DNA of 64,000 bases from Octopus vulgaris (lineage: Eukaryota), in contig OX597817.1 of the NCBI GenBank assembly GCA_951406725.2, forward strand, positions 5,084,001 to 5,148,000. Direction: 5' to 3'. Within the stretch, counting starts at the first letter, position 1. The number at the start of each line of letters is the position of its first letter. Under the pieces are notes generated by a model. It saw only the letters and a program-made list of their open reading frames with translations, was not told the DNA's origin and ran no database searches. Below, one piece after another: positions 27,001 to 38,879 of the stretch. The position numbers were made by a program, and so were the translations under genes.

Positions 27001-27488
27001 AAACATTCGTTTTCGATGACAGAATGTTTCATATGCTTATGTAATAATTACGTGACATATTTCTCAGGCCTATCTCCGACTTGCTTCTTCATGGAAAGAG
27101 GCTATGATTGAGAAAATCCTCGATGTAATTGGAATATTTTGACGGATGATGATACAGGAATACGAAAAGGCAGAAAGATAGATACTCATTGATTCTGTGA
27201 CGCCCTTTCACTGCGAATAGCTCGAAACGGAGAAAGGTGCCGAGAGAGAGATGACAAAAGGTGAAGAGAAAGGAAATTGGAAGCTATAACATTAAATAAA
27301 AGCTATCTAGGTAGATGTCTTTATTTGCATCTATATATTGCCTATCTATCTTCCAAGCTGCATAAAGAGATAGACAACCAGAGAGACAGACAAAAAGACA
27401 GATAGTGAGACAGAGAGGCAGGCAGGCAGGTTGACGGACGGACGGGCAGACAGACATATTGGAGGTCAGATAGATAGACTGATAGTTT

Positions 27489-27573
<85 letters not shown>
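27489..27573 (+). repeat. (GATA)n microsatellite
   Basis: Directly visible. Confidence 0.95.
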
Positions 27574-27574
<1 letters not shown>

Positions 27575-27647
27575 CAGGGAACTTGCTATCATACAATGGT
27601 GGTACAGCAATCTAGATTCCTTTCAATAGCGCCAATTAGGAAATAAT

Positions 27648-27842
27648 AATCTTTTGCATTATAGGCCCATGGCCTGAAACGTCTCATCGATTCTAATGTC
27701 CAGCTGGTTCTGATCTCAATGACTCCGAAAGGATGAATGCAAAGTTGACCTCGGTGGAATTTTAACGCAGAACGCAAAGCCAGAAGAAACGCCGTTATGC
27801 ATTTTGTCCGGCGTGCTAATGATTCTGCAAGCTCACCGCCTT
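27648..27842 (-). mobile_element. SINE family B, diverged copy
   Basis: CCGAAAGGATGAA.GCAAAGT.GACCTCGG.GGAATTT...GTGCTAA.GATTCTGC.AGCTC.CCGCC. Confidence 0.75.
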
Positions 27843-28064
27843 CAGTTAGAGGAAATATTAATAAACTATCTGAAAATGGTGGGCTCTTTTAAATAATTAC
27901 TCGTCTAACTAGAATTAGTAGTTACACGTACCTCAAATCCTGCTGTAACAAGAGGTATTCTTACTTTATCATTCCGTATTAAAGAGATGATCATATTTGA
28001 AATCACATTAATCCTAGTTTTATACAATCTGGTGTTGATAATAATAATAGCAGTATTGCAAAAC

Positions 28065-28409
28065 GTGAAGGCGCATGGCTCAGTGGTTAGAGCGTCGAGC
28101 TTACGATCGTGAGGTTGTGAGCTCGAATCCCGGACCGGGCTGCGTGTTGTGTTCTTGAGCAAGGCACTTTATTTTCACGTTGCTCCAGTTCACTCAGCTG
28201 TAGAAATGAGTTGCGACGTCACAGGTGCCAAGCTGTATCGACCTTTGTCTTTCCCTTGGATAACACTGGTGGCGTGGAGAGGGGAGGCTAGTATGCATGG
28301 GCGACTGCTGGTCTTCCATAAACAACCTTGCCCGGACTTGTGTCTAAGAGGGTAACTTTCTAGGTGCAATCCCATGGTCATTCATGACCGAAGGGGGTCT
28401 TTACCCCTT
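28065..28409 (+). mobile_element. SINE family C, full length with 11-bp target-site duplication
   Basis: tRNA-like head GGCGCATGGCTCAGTGGTTAGAGCG...CTCGAATCCCGG and conserved core GTGTTCTTGAGCAAGGCACTTT. TATTGCAAAAC flanks it at 28054-28064 and 28410-28420. Confidence 0.92.
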
Positions 28410-28727
28410 TATTGCAAAACATTACATCTCATGCGCATAGAACACATATCTAATGATGTCTAAGTTGTTTTTATAAATATTTCACGATTATTCACTATGG
28501 AAACACAATTACAGCATTGACAAAATATTCTAGACTACTATGTTGTTTCCAATTTGGAACATATTTCTCATGTTTCAGTTTCAGTCTCTTAATAACAATA
28601 TTAGAGTACCTGGGCGACATGTCTTACCTTGCATAAAATGTGATTTATATAATTATTACATAATCGTGCATAACACCTGCAACTAGTAATAATATTTTCC
28701 TGACAGTCGAGCCCTAACAAATGTAAA

Positions 28728-28762
<35 letters not shown>

Positions 28763-28893
28763 GTATTGAATGCTTTCGTTCTATGCTCCAATCACATGTG
28801 TTATAATAATATACTAGCGGGCGTCGCGGCCTTCAGTCCGGTCTCTATGGTGTTGAAATGCATTCATAAGGCACATATTGTCGTCTATCCTAT

Positions 28894-29286
28894 ACTCTCT
28901 TTTTTACTCTCTTTTACTTGTTTCAGTCATTTGACTGCGGCCATGCTGGAGCACCGCCTTTAGTCGACTTATTCTTTGTAAGCCCAGTACATATTCTATC
29001 GGTCTTTTTTGCCGAACCGCTAGGTGACGGGGTTGTAAACACACCAGCATCGGTTGTCAAGCAATGCTAGGGGGACAAACACAATCACACAAACACACAC
29101 ACACATATATATATACATATATACGACGGGCTTCTTTCAGTTTCCGTCTACCAAATCCACTCACAAGGCTTTGGTTGATCCGAGGCTATAGCAGAAGACA
29201 CTTGCCCAAGATGCCACGCAGTGGGACTGAACCCGGAACCATGTGGTTGGTTAGCAAGCTACTTACCACACAGCCACTCCTGCGCC
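28894..29286 (-). mobile_element. SINE family A, full length with small internal deletion
   Basis: Reverse complement of the 2440-2850 family. Confidence 0.9.
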
Positions 29287-29693
29287 TATGTCCATTTTCC
29301 TTAAAATTAAAGTTGTTAAAAGGTATATTGTGTAACATAATATTTAAAAATCACATTTTATGCAATTCAGGAGATTCCTGTTAGCGTTTTGGGAACCGCA
29401 TAACAGCGATAATAGCGGTTTTGGTGGTAATTATACCATAGCTGGAAATTAACGGCTGATGAGAGTAGGGGACAAACCCCTAATTTTTACCCTCATAACC
29501 GACGAGTGGCGTGACTGACGGATGACGACACAGCCGAAGCCGATGACTAGCATCTAAGGGAGATAATCCCCTTTCTTTATATCCGTTTTCCCTTCCATAT
29601 TTTAAGGGGGCCATAGGGCAACAGATTTTAGAGGCTAAAGATACGCCATAAAGGTAACCTTTGTAACGAGAAACCCGCCTTGCCCAATAATTA

Positions 29694-29740
<47 letters not shown>

Positions 29741-29743
29741 CTT

Positions 29744-30240
29744 AGTCGTGGCTATATAGTAAGAAGCTTCATCCCCAACCACATGGTTACTGGTTCAGTC
29801 CCACTGCGTGTCACCTTTCGCATGCGTCTTCTAATATAGTATCGGGCTGACCAAAGCCGTGTGAGTGGATCTGTTAGACGGAAACTGAAAAAGTTCTGTC
29901 GTACATATGTGTGTGTGTGTGTGTGTCTGCTTATCCTCCCCCACCCGCTAACGCTTGACAATCTATGTTGGTGTGTTTACGTCCCCGTAACTTAACAATT
30001 CGGCAAAAGTGACTGATAGAATGAGTACTTGTCTTACAACGAATAACTCCTTGTGTCGCATTCTTTTACTTGTTTTAGTCATTTGACTGCGGCTATGCTG
30101 GAGCACCACTTTAAAGGGTTTTAGTCAAAGAATGCAACACAAGTACTCATTCTATCAGTCACTTTTGCCGAACTATTAAGTTACGGGGACGTAAACACAC
30201 CAACATAGATTGTCAAGCGTTGGTGGGTGGGGGAGGACAA
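29744..30240 (+). mobile_element. SINE family A, diverged copy with inverted tail and foldback duplication
   Basis: The forward body runs to about 30060, then the tail is inverted. 29931-30032 and 30139-30240 are 102-bp inverted arms. Confidence 0.85.
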
Positions 30241-30624
30241 AAATATATATTGAAAACCGCATTTAGCTAAATTTGGACATACGGCAGTTTAATATAATAG
30301 CAACGATATGTGTGGGCGTGTGTGTGTATTATGTATATATATATATATGTGTGTGTGTGTGTATGTGAGCGTGTGTGTATATATATATATGTTTGTTGTC
30401 TGTGTGTGTAAAGAGAGAGAGAGAATTATGCGGATACACAGATTAGATACATTAAATATATTAATTATATTAAATACTAGCTGAATTACACGGCGTTGCT
30501 CAGGTTACATCTCTTTTTATTCAGATTAGACTAAAAACAGATTTATTTTAAAATATCTATATTTTATTAAAAATACATCCAAACTGTAATGATAATGTTT
30601 GTTTACAACTGAAAAATCTCTCAA

Positions 30625-31225
30625 TCTTGAAGTACCTCAGGGTAAACAATATTCATTGTGTAAGTTTTTGATGGTGTCCAAATTAATAAATTGTTGCTGC
30701 TTCCAACTCATGAGCAACCAACATAGAGTTGGCCTTGGGCGAAGCATCTAGTAGAGAGATGACGTCCAACTACCTTGAGGGATTGACTCTGAGATTTGTT
30801 AATTGAAATACCAAAGCTTAGTTTGACTGGAAAAGATGCCTCTTAAATTCAAATGGAACATATATTATGAGAGGAAATTTTGGAATACAGACATTCTCTT
30901 CTTTATGACTACATGTTGTTATTGTCGCTATAGGACATGGGGCTTCATGGAGTTCTATTACACAGGCGATGTGGTTCAAGATTCATAAGCAACATAACGG
31001 GAGCGCCCAGCTTAAGTGCCAAGTTATCTGGTGGCATCCCGGTTGGTTTAAGTGTGTTCAGAAACTCAACAGAGTACTGAACAGACTGACGTTGATCGAC
31101 TGTTGCGTGGATTCATGGAAAAGTCATTTTTGATGCCTGTGTTAACTTTTGAAATTCATGATTGAGTTTATCAAATTATCAAACATTTCATTAGTTGGAG
31201 CGAGTACAGCTGCTTCACATAGTCA
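30625..31225 (-). pseudogene. Helitron RepHel C-terminal Pif1-family helicase fragment
   Basis: EAAVLAPTNE...YSVEFLNTLKPTGMPPDNLALKLGAPVMLLMNLEPHRLCN...IPKFPL..PFEFKR/FPVKLSFGISINKSQSQSLKVVG...CFAQGQLYVGCS*VGS...NIVYPEVL matches Helitron Pif1 motifs (TINKSQGQ, SHGQLYVA.SR, NIVY.EVL), with frameshifts and stops. Confidence 0.92.
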
Positions 31226-31299
31226 GTATACATCAGTGTAATTGACCACCATACATACATTCTCACATTCACTGACAAACACATTCACTCTCACATACA

Positions 31300-31850
31300 C
31301 TCACATACATATACTAACAGAGACACGCAGAGACATACATTTCCGTAGCGAGCGCGCAAGTACACACACTCTTACAGACACATACACACTCATATACAAA
31401 ATGTGTGGTGGTGGTGGTAGTGACATAAAATCTCCTTTACCTACCCGTGCGTAACGAACGCGCAAACACGCATTCACACACACATATACACTCAAATACA
31501 AAAATGTGTCGTGGTGTTGGTGGTATACAATTTCTTTTACTATCTCGCACGTAACGAACACATACACATTGACAGATACATACACACTCATATACAAAAT
31601 GTGTCGTCGTCTTCATCGTGGTATAAAATGTCCTTTACTATGTCGTACGCATCGAACGCGCAAACAGACGTACACTGACAGACACATACGCACTCATACA
31701 AAATGCATCAACGTCGTCGTCGTCGTATAAAATGTCCATTACTATGCCGTACGTAACGAACGCACAAACAGACGCAAATAGTCACAGGCACATACACACT
31801 CATGTATAAAATGTGACGTCGTCGTCGTCGTATAAACTGTCTGTTACTAT
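31300..31850. repeat. Minisatellite of about five diverged 96-106-bp units inside the Helitron
   Basis: CATACACACTCATATACAAAATGT-like anchors at about 31381, 31483, 31579, 31685 and 31791. Confidence 0.8.
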
Positions 31851-32204
31851 AGCTTGCTATAGAAAGATTGTAATCGAGAGAATGTTATGATGTTTTAATC
31901 AGAATAAAAAGAAAAATTACATGTTGACATACTAGTGCGGTGTAATACTATTACCTTGTAAAATTAGATTTGATTTGGTTGAGCTGTTTCAGAATGCATA
32001 AGAAATAGACAGAAAGACAAAGGATTTTATATAGAGAGAAATAATACGTAGGGTATGAAATGAGCACTACTAAGCGTCTTCTATATAGTTATCCCTGGAT
32101 CTCATCTATGGACTATATATATATATTATCTAAATAGATCAGCGACAGGCAAGTGTATTATATATATGTATATATACATACACACACATATGTATGTATG
32201 TAGG

Positions 32205-32285
<81 letters not shown>

Positions 32286-34304
32286 GTCAAGCTATCTTTC
32301 TACATATGCATAGTGAAAGTGTGAGGGAGAGAAATAGACTAAAACTTACCAGAAGAAATAATTCAACTAGCAATAACTCACTTTGAATAATTAAGAAAAG
32401 ATGAAAATATAATGAATGGTTTACAGTGGGAAATGCTTAAAACAAGTTTCCAGATGATCCGGGCTTAAACATTGAAGGACAGTTTTACAATGAAGTCATC
32501 GATAGCGCAGAAAATTCAAACCGAATGGAAATGCCTGCAACAGCTTCAGTTCAGAGATTTGCTAAGTAAAGGTAGATTTGATTGGCGTTCTACACGTTTG
32601 TTGTTTGTGGGTATGTAGGGGGTGTATGTGTGTGTCTGCATGTGTTTCCATGTGTGTAGTGCACTTCACTTCAAAGCCTCAATTTATGTGTATTCATGCA
32701 ACGGAGCTCTTATTGCAATCATTCCATCTCTCCTTCTAAAACGTTGCATTACGATGATATGAGGCATTAATTTAAAATCAAAATACAAACAGATGAAAAA
32801 TATACCGCAAAGTAACTCATCCGACGATCGAGCAGTTCCGACAGGCTACTGTTGTGAACTGTTATAGTAACATTGAAAGGATGAAAGCAAAAGTAGATAT
32901 CAGTGAGATTAGACATTATATTGCTGGCAGTCGGAGCAAATATCGTATGGCAGACGTTCTAACAATTCTACCATTTCGCTGATTTATTTTTCTCATCATA
33001 TTCCAGACGCTGAATTGTAACTACGCGGAGGCCAGACTAGAGCATTTGTTAACTCAAAATATCCTGTCGACAAGTTTGCTTCCACTTAACTGCTAGAAAT
33101 AATGGCTACAATATTTTCAAATCACACTGTTGATCTAGAGCATATTCCATGCGGGTTAAACTGGGGCTAAATAATCACACCAATAAAACCAACAACTAAC
33201 AAGAATATTCGCAGTGGGATGCCGTTGTCAAAGTTCGGATGAAGTAAACTTTTCCCTATATGGATTGGTAAGAAGATATAATAGTTTAATACATAACAGT
33301 TTAATACCACTAGGTACTGCTTGGATTAGGTAAGACAAACTCACACCTTTGTAAACTCCAAATCTCTCTGTACCCATATTTTCCCTTCCATATTTTCACT
33401 GTGAATATTGACCGATTCAATATCACAACTCTAAAACGGTTTTCCAAAAAATTATGGGAACCTTCCTACCTTTTCTGCCTAATCAATTTTCAGCCATTGC
33501 ATATATACCATAATTTAGATAATTTATAAGTATAGGTACAAGAAAATCTGGAACCGTTACCTATGACAAGCCAGGCGATAATATATTTCTTAGGGGCTTA
33601 CGATCATGACACCAGAGATACGCTTCAGCTTCTGGAAGAAACCCTCAGAAATTTTGAAGCATATAAACTTACACAGCAGTAAATCCCATTGAACATCGAC
33701 TTAGAGAATCATTAAAGAGACTAGAAAGGGTTCAAGCGTTAAGATGCAACAGTCGTCGGAACAACTCATTCAAAATCAGTCAATCGCCGGCTAAATTACT
33801 GATGTTTGCTACAGCATTACGCCATCAAATTGGTCACTAGCTTAGGACGAATTATGTTTCACTATTTCCGGCTGAGCAAATTGTTTCTGCACTTACGAAG
33901 CCTTGGCATTTGACAAGAGGGCGCCTAAAATCTTCCGCCAATAGATAGCAGTTAGTCATGTGGAAATGTATCACAGAGTCGTTTTACAGAGGCAGTAATT
34001 TGGCACGCATACCGCTTCCTTTCCTAACAGTTTCATAAACGCACGGACATAGATCTATGTGCGCATAGAAATGTATGTGAGAGTGCGTATGAGTATGAGT
34101 ACGTGTGTGTGTGATGAGATATATGACTATGTTTGTTTGCATCCGTTGGTATGTGCGTTTGTGTATAAGCGATTGAATATCATTTGTAGATTTCTATGTA
34201 AATACATACGCACACTCACGCATAAACAAGCATATACATATATGTTCTATACATACAGACATATATGAATGTGTGTATGCGTGTATGTGTGTGTATTTTG
34301 TGTG

Positions 34305-34402
<98 letters not shown>

Positions 34403-34404
34403 AT

Positions 34405-34570
34405 GCGCAGGAGTGGCAGTGTGGTAAGTGGCTTGCTTAACAACCATTTGGTTCGGCGTTCAGTCCCACTGCGTGGCACCTTGTTCAGGTATCTTCTACT
34501 ATAGCCTCGGGCCGACCAAACACTTGTGAGTGGACTTGGTAGACGGAAACTGAAAGAACCCCGTCGTATA

Positions 34571-34610
<40 letters not shown>

Positions 34611-34808
34611 CGTTTGCCCCCCCCCTCCAACATCGCTTGACACCCGATGCTGGTGTGTTTATGTCCTCGTAACATAGTGGTTCAGCGAGAGAGACCGATA
34701 GAATAAGTACTAGACTTACAAAGAAGACCTGGTGTCGATTTGATCGACTTAAGGCGGTGACCCAGCATGGCCGAAGTCAAATGACTGAAACAAATAAAGA
34801 TAAAAGAA
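34405..34808 (+). mobile_element. SINE family A, full-length diverged copy
   Basis: Head, body and tail match the family. Confidence 0.88.
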
Positions 34809-34847
34809 ATAAGCGAATGCTTTTGTAAGACTACACATGTATGTATG

Positions 34848-34900
<53 letters not shown>

Positions 34901-34903
34901 TCG

Positions 34904-35066
<163 letters not shown>

Positions 35067-36105
35067 GTTTAAGATTGCTGTTGCTATTGAGAGTAAATTC
35101 AACTCTTCCACCTAACCTAGTTCACTAAAGATGTTATAAACTCTATTTAATAAACCTGAGATTTAAATACTTTCGTCTTTAAAATGAAAGTTACTCTGGA
35201 ATGCATGTTTTAATGTCTCTCAAAGTACAGCTTCATAAACTTTATAATAGAATCGCAACATCACGTACATTATTATTTCGTCCAAGGTTCGGGATCTGAG
35301 ATCAACTGTTCAGTTTCCCTGTGCCTTAGGACGTCAGTGCTTTTTAGTATGCATCAAATACAGGGGCCACCGAAGTTTTCTCTCCCGTATACTAGATCTT
35401 ATTCGTTCTATATCAAGGTTCACTCTCATCTCATTGGTTCTCTATTGTATGTGTACACTAACATTATACATGCAGTGATGAATTCTCACCTTCTTTATTT
35501 CAACCCTTCGCAAACACTCTATTTTCAAAACGCATATTAACAAATACATACACACACACAAACAAATGCATATATATAGACACTCAGGCGCGTGCACTTG
35601 CATATATATATTTACGATCACGTAGATAATTTGGTGAGTAAAGGGCTATTTACATATTTATTTGACTATCTAAATAAATATGTGTGAAACAGATGTCATA
35701 GATCTTACCCAAGTAACTCCACAGCTCCTGTGGCATGTATTTGAACAGGTATGATAAGACGTAGCATAATGAATGCTATAATAAAAGAATTATGATATAG
35801 AAATTTCTCATTTAGCTGAACATGTGTAATAGTGAATTGTAACGACAATTTGGAGGAAACAAGTAGAAATCAAGCCATCAGCTTTAATGTTCTTACATTT
35901 GTTTATAGGGAAGATAAAATTACGGGCACATTTTGTTTGTTTTTTTTAATGTCATCAGCATAATATAGTCCACTCTTATCTAATTGCCAAGTGAATATTT
36001 AGGTTGTGTTATTAATGACCAGATGCCAAGATGCACAAATATGCAAATGAAGCTGTCAGCTATTGCAATAGTTGTTTGATAACTTAATATAGCTGCGATT
36101 TTCAA

Positions 36106-36407
36106 GGTGGTGAGCTGGCAGAAACGTTAGTACGCTGGGCGAAATGCTTAGCGGCATTTCGTCTGCCGTTACGTTCTGAGTTCAAATTCCGACGAGGTCG
36201 ACTCTGCCTTTCATCCTTTCGGGGTCGATAAATTAAGTACCAGCTACGCACTGGTGTCAATGTAATCGATTTGATACCTTTGTCTGTCCTTGTTTGTCCC
36301 CTCTATGTTTAGCCCCTTGTGGGCAATAAAGAAATAAGAAACATTAGCACACCGGGCGAAATGCTTAGTAGTGTTCCGTCTGACTTTAAGTTCTGAGTTC
36401 AAATTCC
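36106..36407 (+). mobile_element. SINE family B monomer followed by a partial second unit
   Basis: Monomer 36106-36338, then a restart at AAACATTAGCACACCGGGCG running to GTTCAAATTCC. Confidence 0.88.
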
Positions 36408-37140
36408 AGAGACACACGACTACATGAACTAAAAGATACATTCATCACCAGGAACTACCCCACTTCACTAATTGACATATGTTTTCAACGTGCCCTTCAA
36501 TTCAACATCTAAGGATTCAGACATCCCAAATTAAAGAAGGATTTACAACCAAAAGCACTATCATAGATCGCCACACACAACCCTCTCAACAATGAAGCTT
36601 TCCACACCATCCTTCAAAATATTACCCTGCTAAAAAAGGACCACAGAATGAACTTAATCCTCCAAACACACAACATCATAAAAAGCAAGAGAAAACCCAA
36701 CTCTATGAAAAGTATCCTAACAACAACACAGAAGCCGTCAGTAAAAAAATGTGGAAGCCCCTACTGTGGGATATGCGTCAATTTCATTGAGGAGTCAGAG
36801 TTCTCCTTCAAATAAGGACAACTATTCACAGTTAAAAGCAGCTTCACATGTGCTTCGGAGGACCTGCTATATGCACAACCTGCTCTGGGTGTCAAGAGCA
36901 ATACATAGCCCAGAGAGAAATCAGTCAACGCCAAAGGATGGCTCTGCACAGATCCCAAATTAAAATTCCCTAAAACAGAAAAATAGAATTCAGCCAACAC
37001 ATCCACATTTGCGCCAATAACAAAAATCCAGGCTTCAGAATTTCGCCGCTCTACCAATTCAGAGATGATACATCCTGTAGCCAACATTCTTTATTAGAAA
37101 ATACAGACCCCTTTTCAACGCGTCTACAACAAACGACATA
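36408..37140 (+). pseudogene. Penelope-like element fragment: RT C-terminus, Cys-rich linker and GIY-YIG endonuclease
   Basis: RDTRLHELKDTFITRNYPTSLID...THNP...KSKRKPNSMKSILT...KKCGSPYCGICV...SFTCASEDLLYA/TCSGCQEQYIAQ...RQRMALHRSQIK...FSQHIHIC matches Neptune-type Penelope architecture, with stops and a frameshift. Confidence 0.88.
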
Positions 37141-37508
37141 TTTACCACGGCCTTGGAATAACACAAATACACACGCAAATATTAAAAATGATACACTCAA
37201 GAGATTCCCAAGAATTCATTAAAAAACCGTCCCAATCACTGCTTTAATCCATCACGAGTCACTTTTAGGTCACTTGACCATTTAACACCTCACTACTATC
37301 ATACTATTTATCCTTCTTTTACTCCTTTCTCTTTCTTCTTCTTCTTCTTCGTCTCCTTCCTAACTTTACCACTATTGCTGTTCAGAATAACACCTACGCA
37401 AATTTTATAAACAAAACATTCAAAAGAGATGTCTCAGGGATTCAAACACAACGGGTCTCTTTCAGGACTCTTGACCATTTAACATACTACTATCATGGCA
37501 CTCCCTCA

Positions 37509-37592
37509 TTCTTCTTCTTCTTCTTCTTCTTCTTCTTCTTCTTCTTCTTCTTCTTCTTCTTCTTCTTCTTCTTCTTCTTCTTCTTCTTCTTC
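37509..37592 (+). repeat. (CTT)n microsatellite
   Basis: Directly visible. Confidence 0.95.
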
Positions 37593-38151
37593 TCATTCCC
37601 TACCAAGAATTCACAGCGACCTCAAACCCTCAAGAGTAAACAAGAGAGACAGAAACAGGCAAAAACAACTACTTGGTGATTTCGAGATTTACAACAATCC
37701 CGCATCATCATCCTGGTTGCCCAGCCAAGCTTGACTAAGCTTCACCCTGTGTCCAGTCAGCCCTACTCCTGGTAACACTACCACTTTCATAGCTCACATC
37801 TCCTCATTCACCAAGTCTTCACAAAAGTAAGAAATGGGAGAGAATAGAAAGATACAAAAATAAAAAATGTCCCTTATATTTGAAAACTATGGAAATATTT
37901 AAAAAAGAATATTTCATTGTATTTTCCCGCAATTTAATTGTCTTTATGTAAAAGTCACAAAGACTGATGTTCTTCAGTATTTTTGCATTTTCTTTCTGGC
38001 CTCATACTCCTTATACATATTAACTCGTGCGTTCCTTCTCAACCTTCTACACACACATACATACATTCAGACACACTCACACGGAGACACATATATACAT
38101 ATACGTATGTATATTTATATATATATATATATATATTTACATACGGTTGTC

Positions 38152-38197
<46 letters not shown>

Positions 38198-38234
38198 GTA
38201 TATATATACGTATATATATACGCACGCACATACA

Positions 38235-38355
<121 letters not shown>

Positions 38356-38879
38356 GCAAATATACATTATGGATGTGTGAGGAAAGAGGTGGGATTAGCT
38401 TCTGGTTAACTGTGTGGCTAAATCGACTGGCAGACATGAAATTGAATCACGTACGTATGAACAGAAGTTGTGAAAACTAAATTTCACTTAGATAAATAGA
38501 CTTGAAAAGTCGGTCGTGCAGAAACACAACAATATACCAAGAAAAGTTTATTTCTTCAATTTAAAGTGAATTTACTTGATCTTGTAACTATTTCTAATCT
38601 TTTGTTATATATTTTGAATTGATAAAGTTGAGGACTATGACGACGACGACGACGGCAGTTTTAACCATTGTGAACAAGTTTACACATCAGTAAGACTTGT
38701 ATGCTTTTATTATATATTTTGTGTTTATTCGCAAGAACACAGAGTATGATTTCATAGATGTACACACACATATCTATCAATCAGTCTGTCTGTCTCCCTA
38801 TCTATCTGTCGATCTCTTTCTGTCTCTCTCTCTCGCGTTATATATATATATGTGTGTTTGTGTGTGAATGTGTATATGG

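Larger units (their letters stand above)
30477..32039 (-). mobile_element. Internally deleted Helitron with RepHel helicase remnant and internal minisatellite
   Basis: 3' end (minus strand) CCTGAGCAACGCCGTG...CTAG|T at 30477. 5' end TCTCTCTATATAAAA...TGTCTTTCTGTCT near 32039. Both ends resemble the three short Helitrons. Confidence 0.8.

Noticed and set aside
28065-28140. tRNA-like sequence
   Set aside because: It is the head of SINE family C, continuing into a SINE body with TSDs and repeated at 49134 and 54471. It is not a tRNA gene.
31300-31850. CRISPR-like periodic array
   Set aside because: Eukaryotic context, no cas genes, and whole units are similar with no unique spacers. It is a minisatellite.
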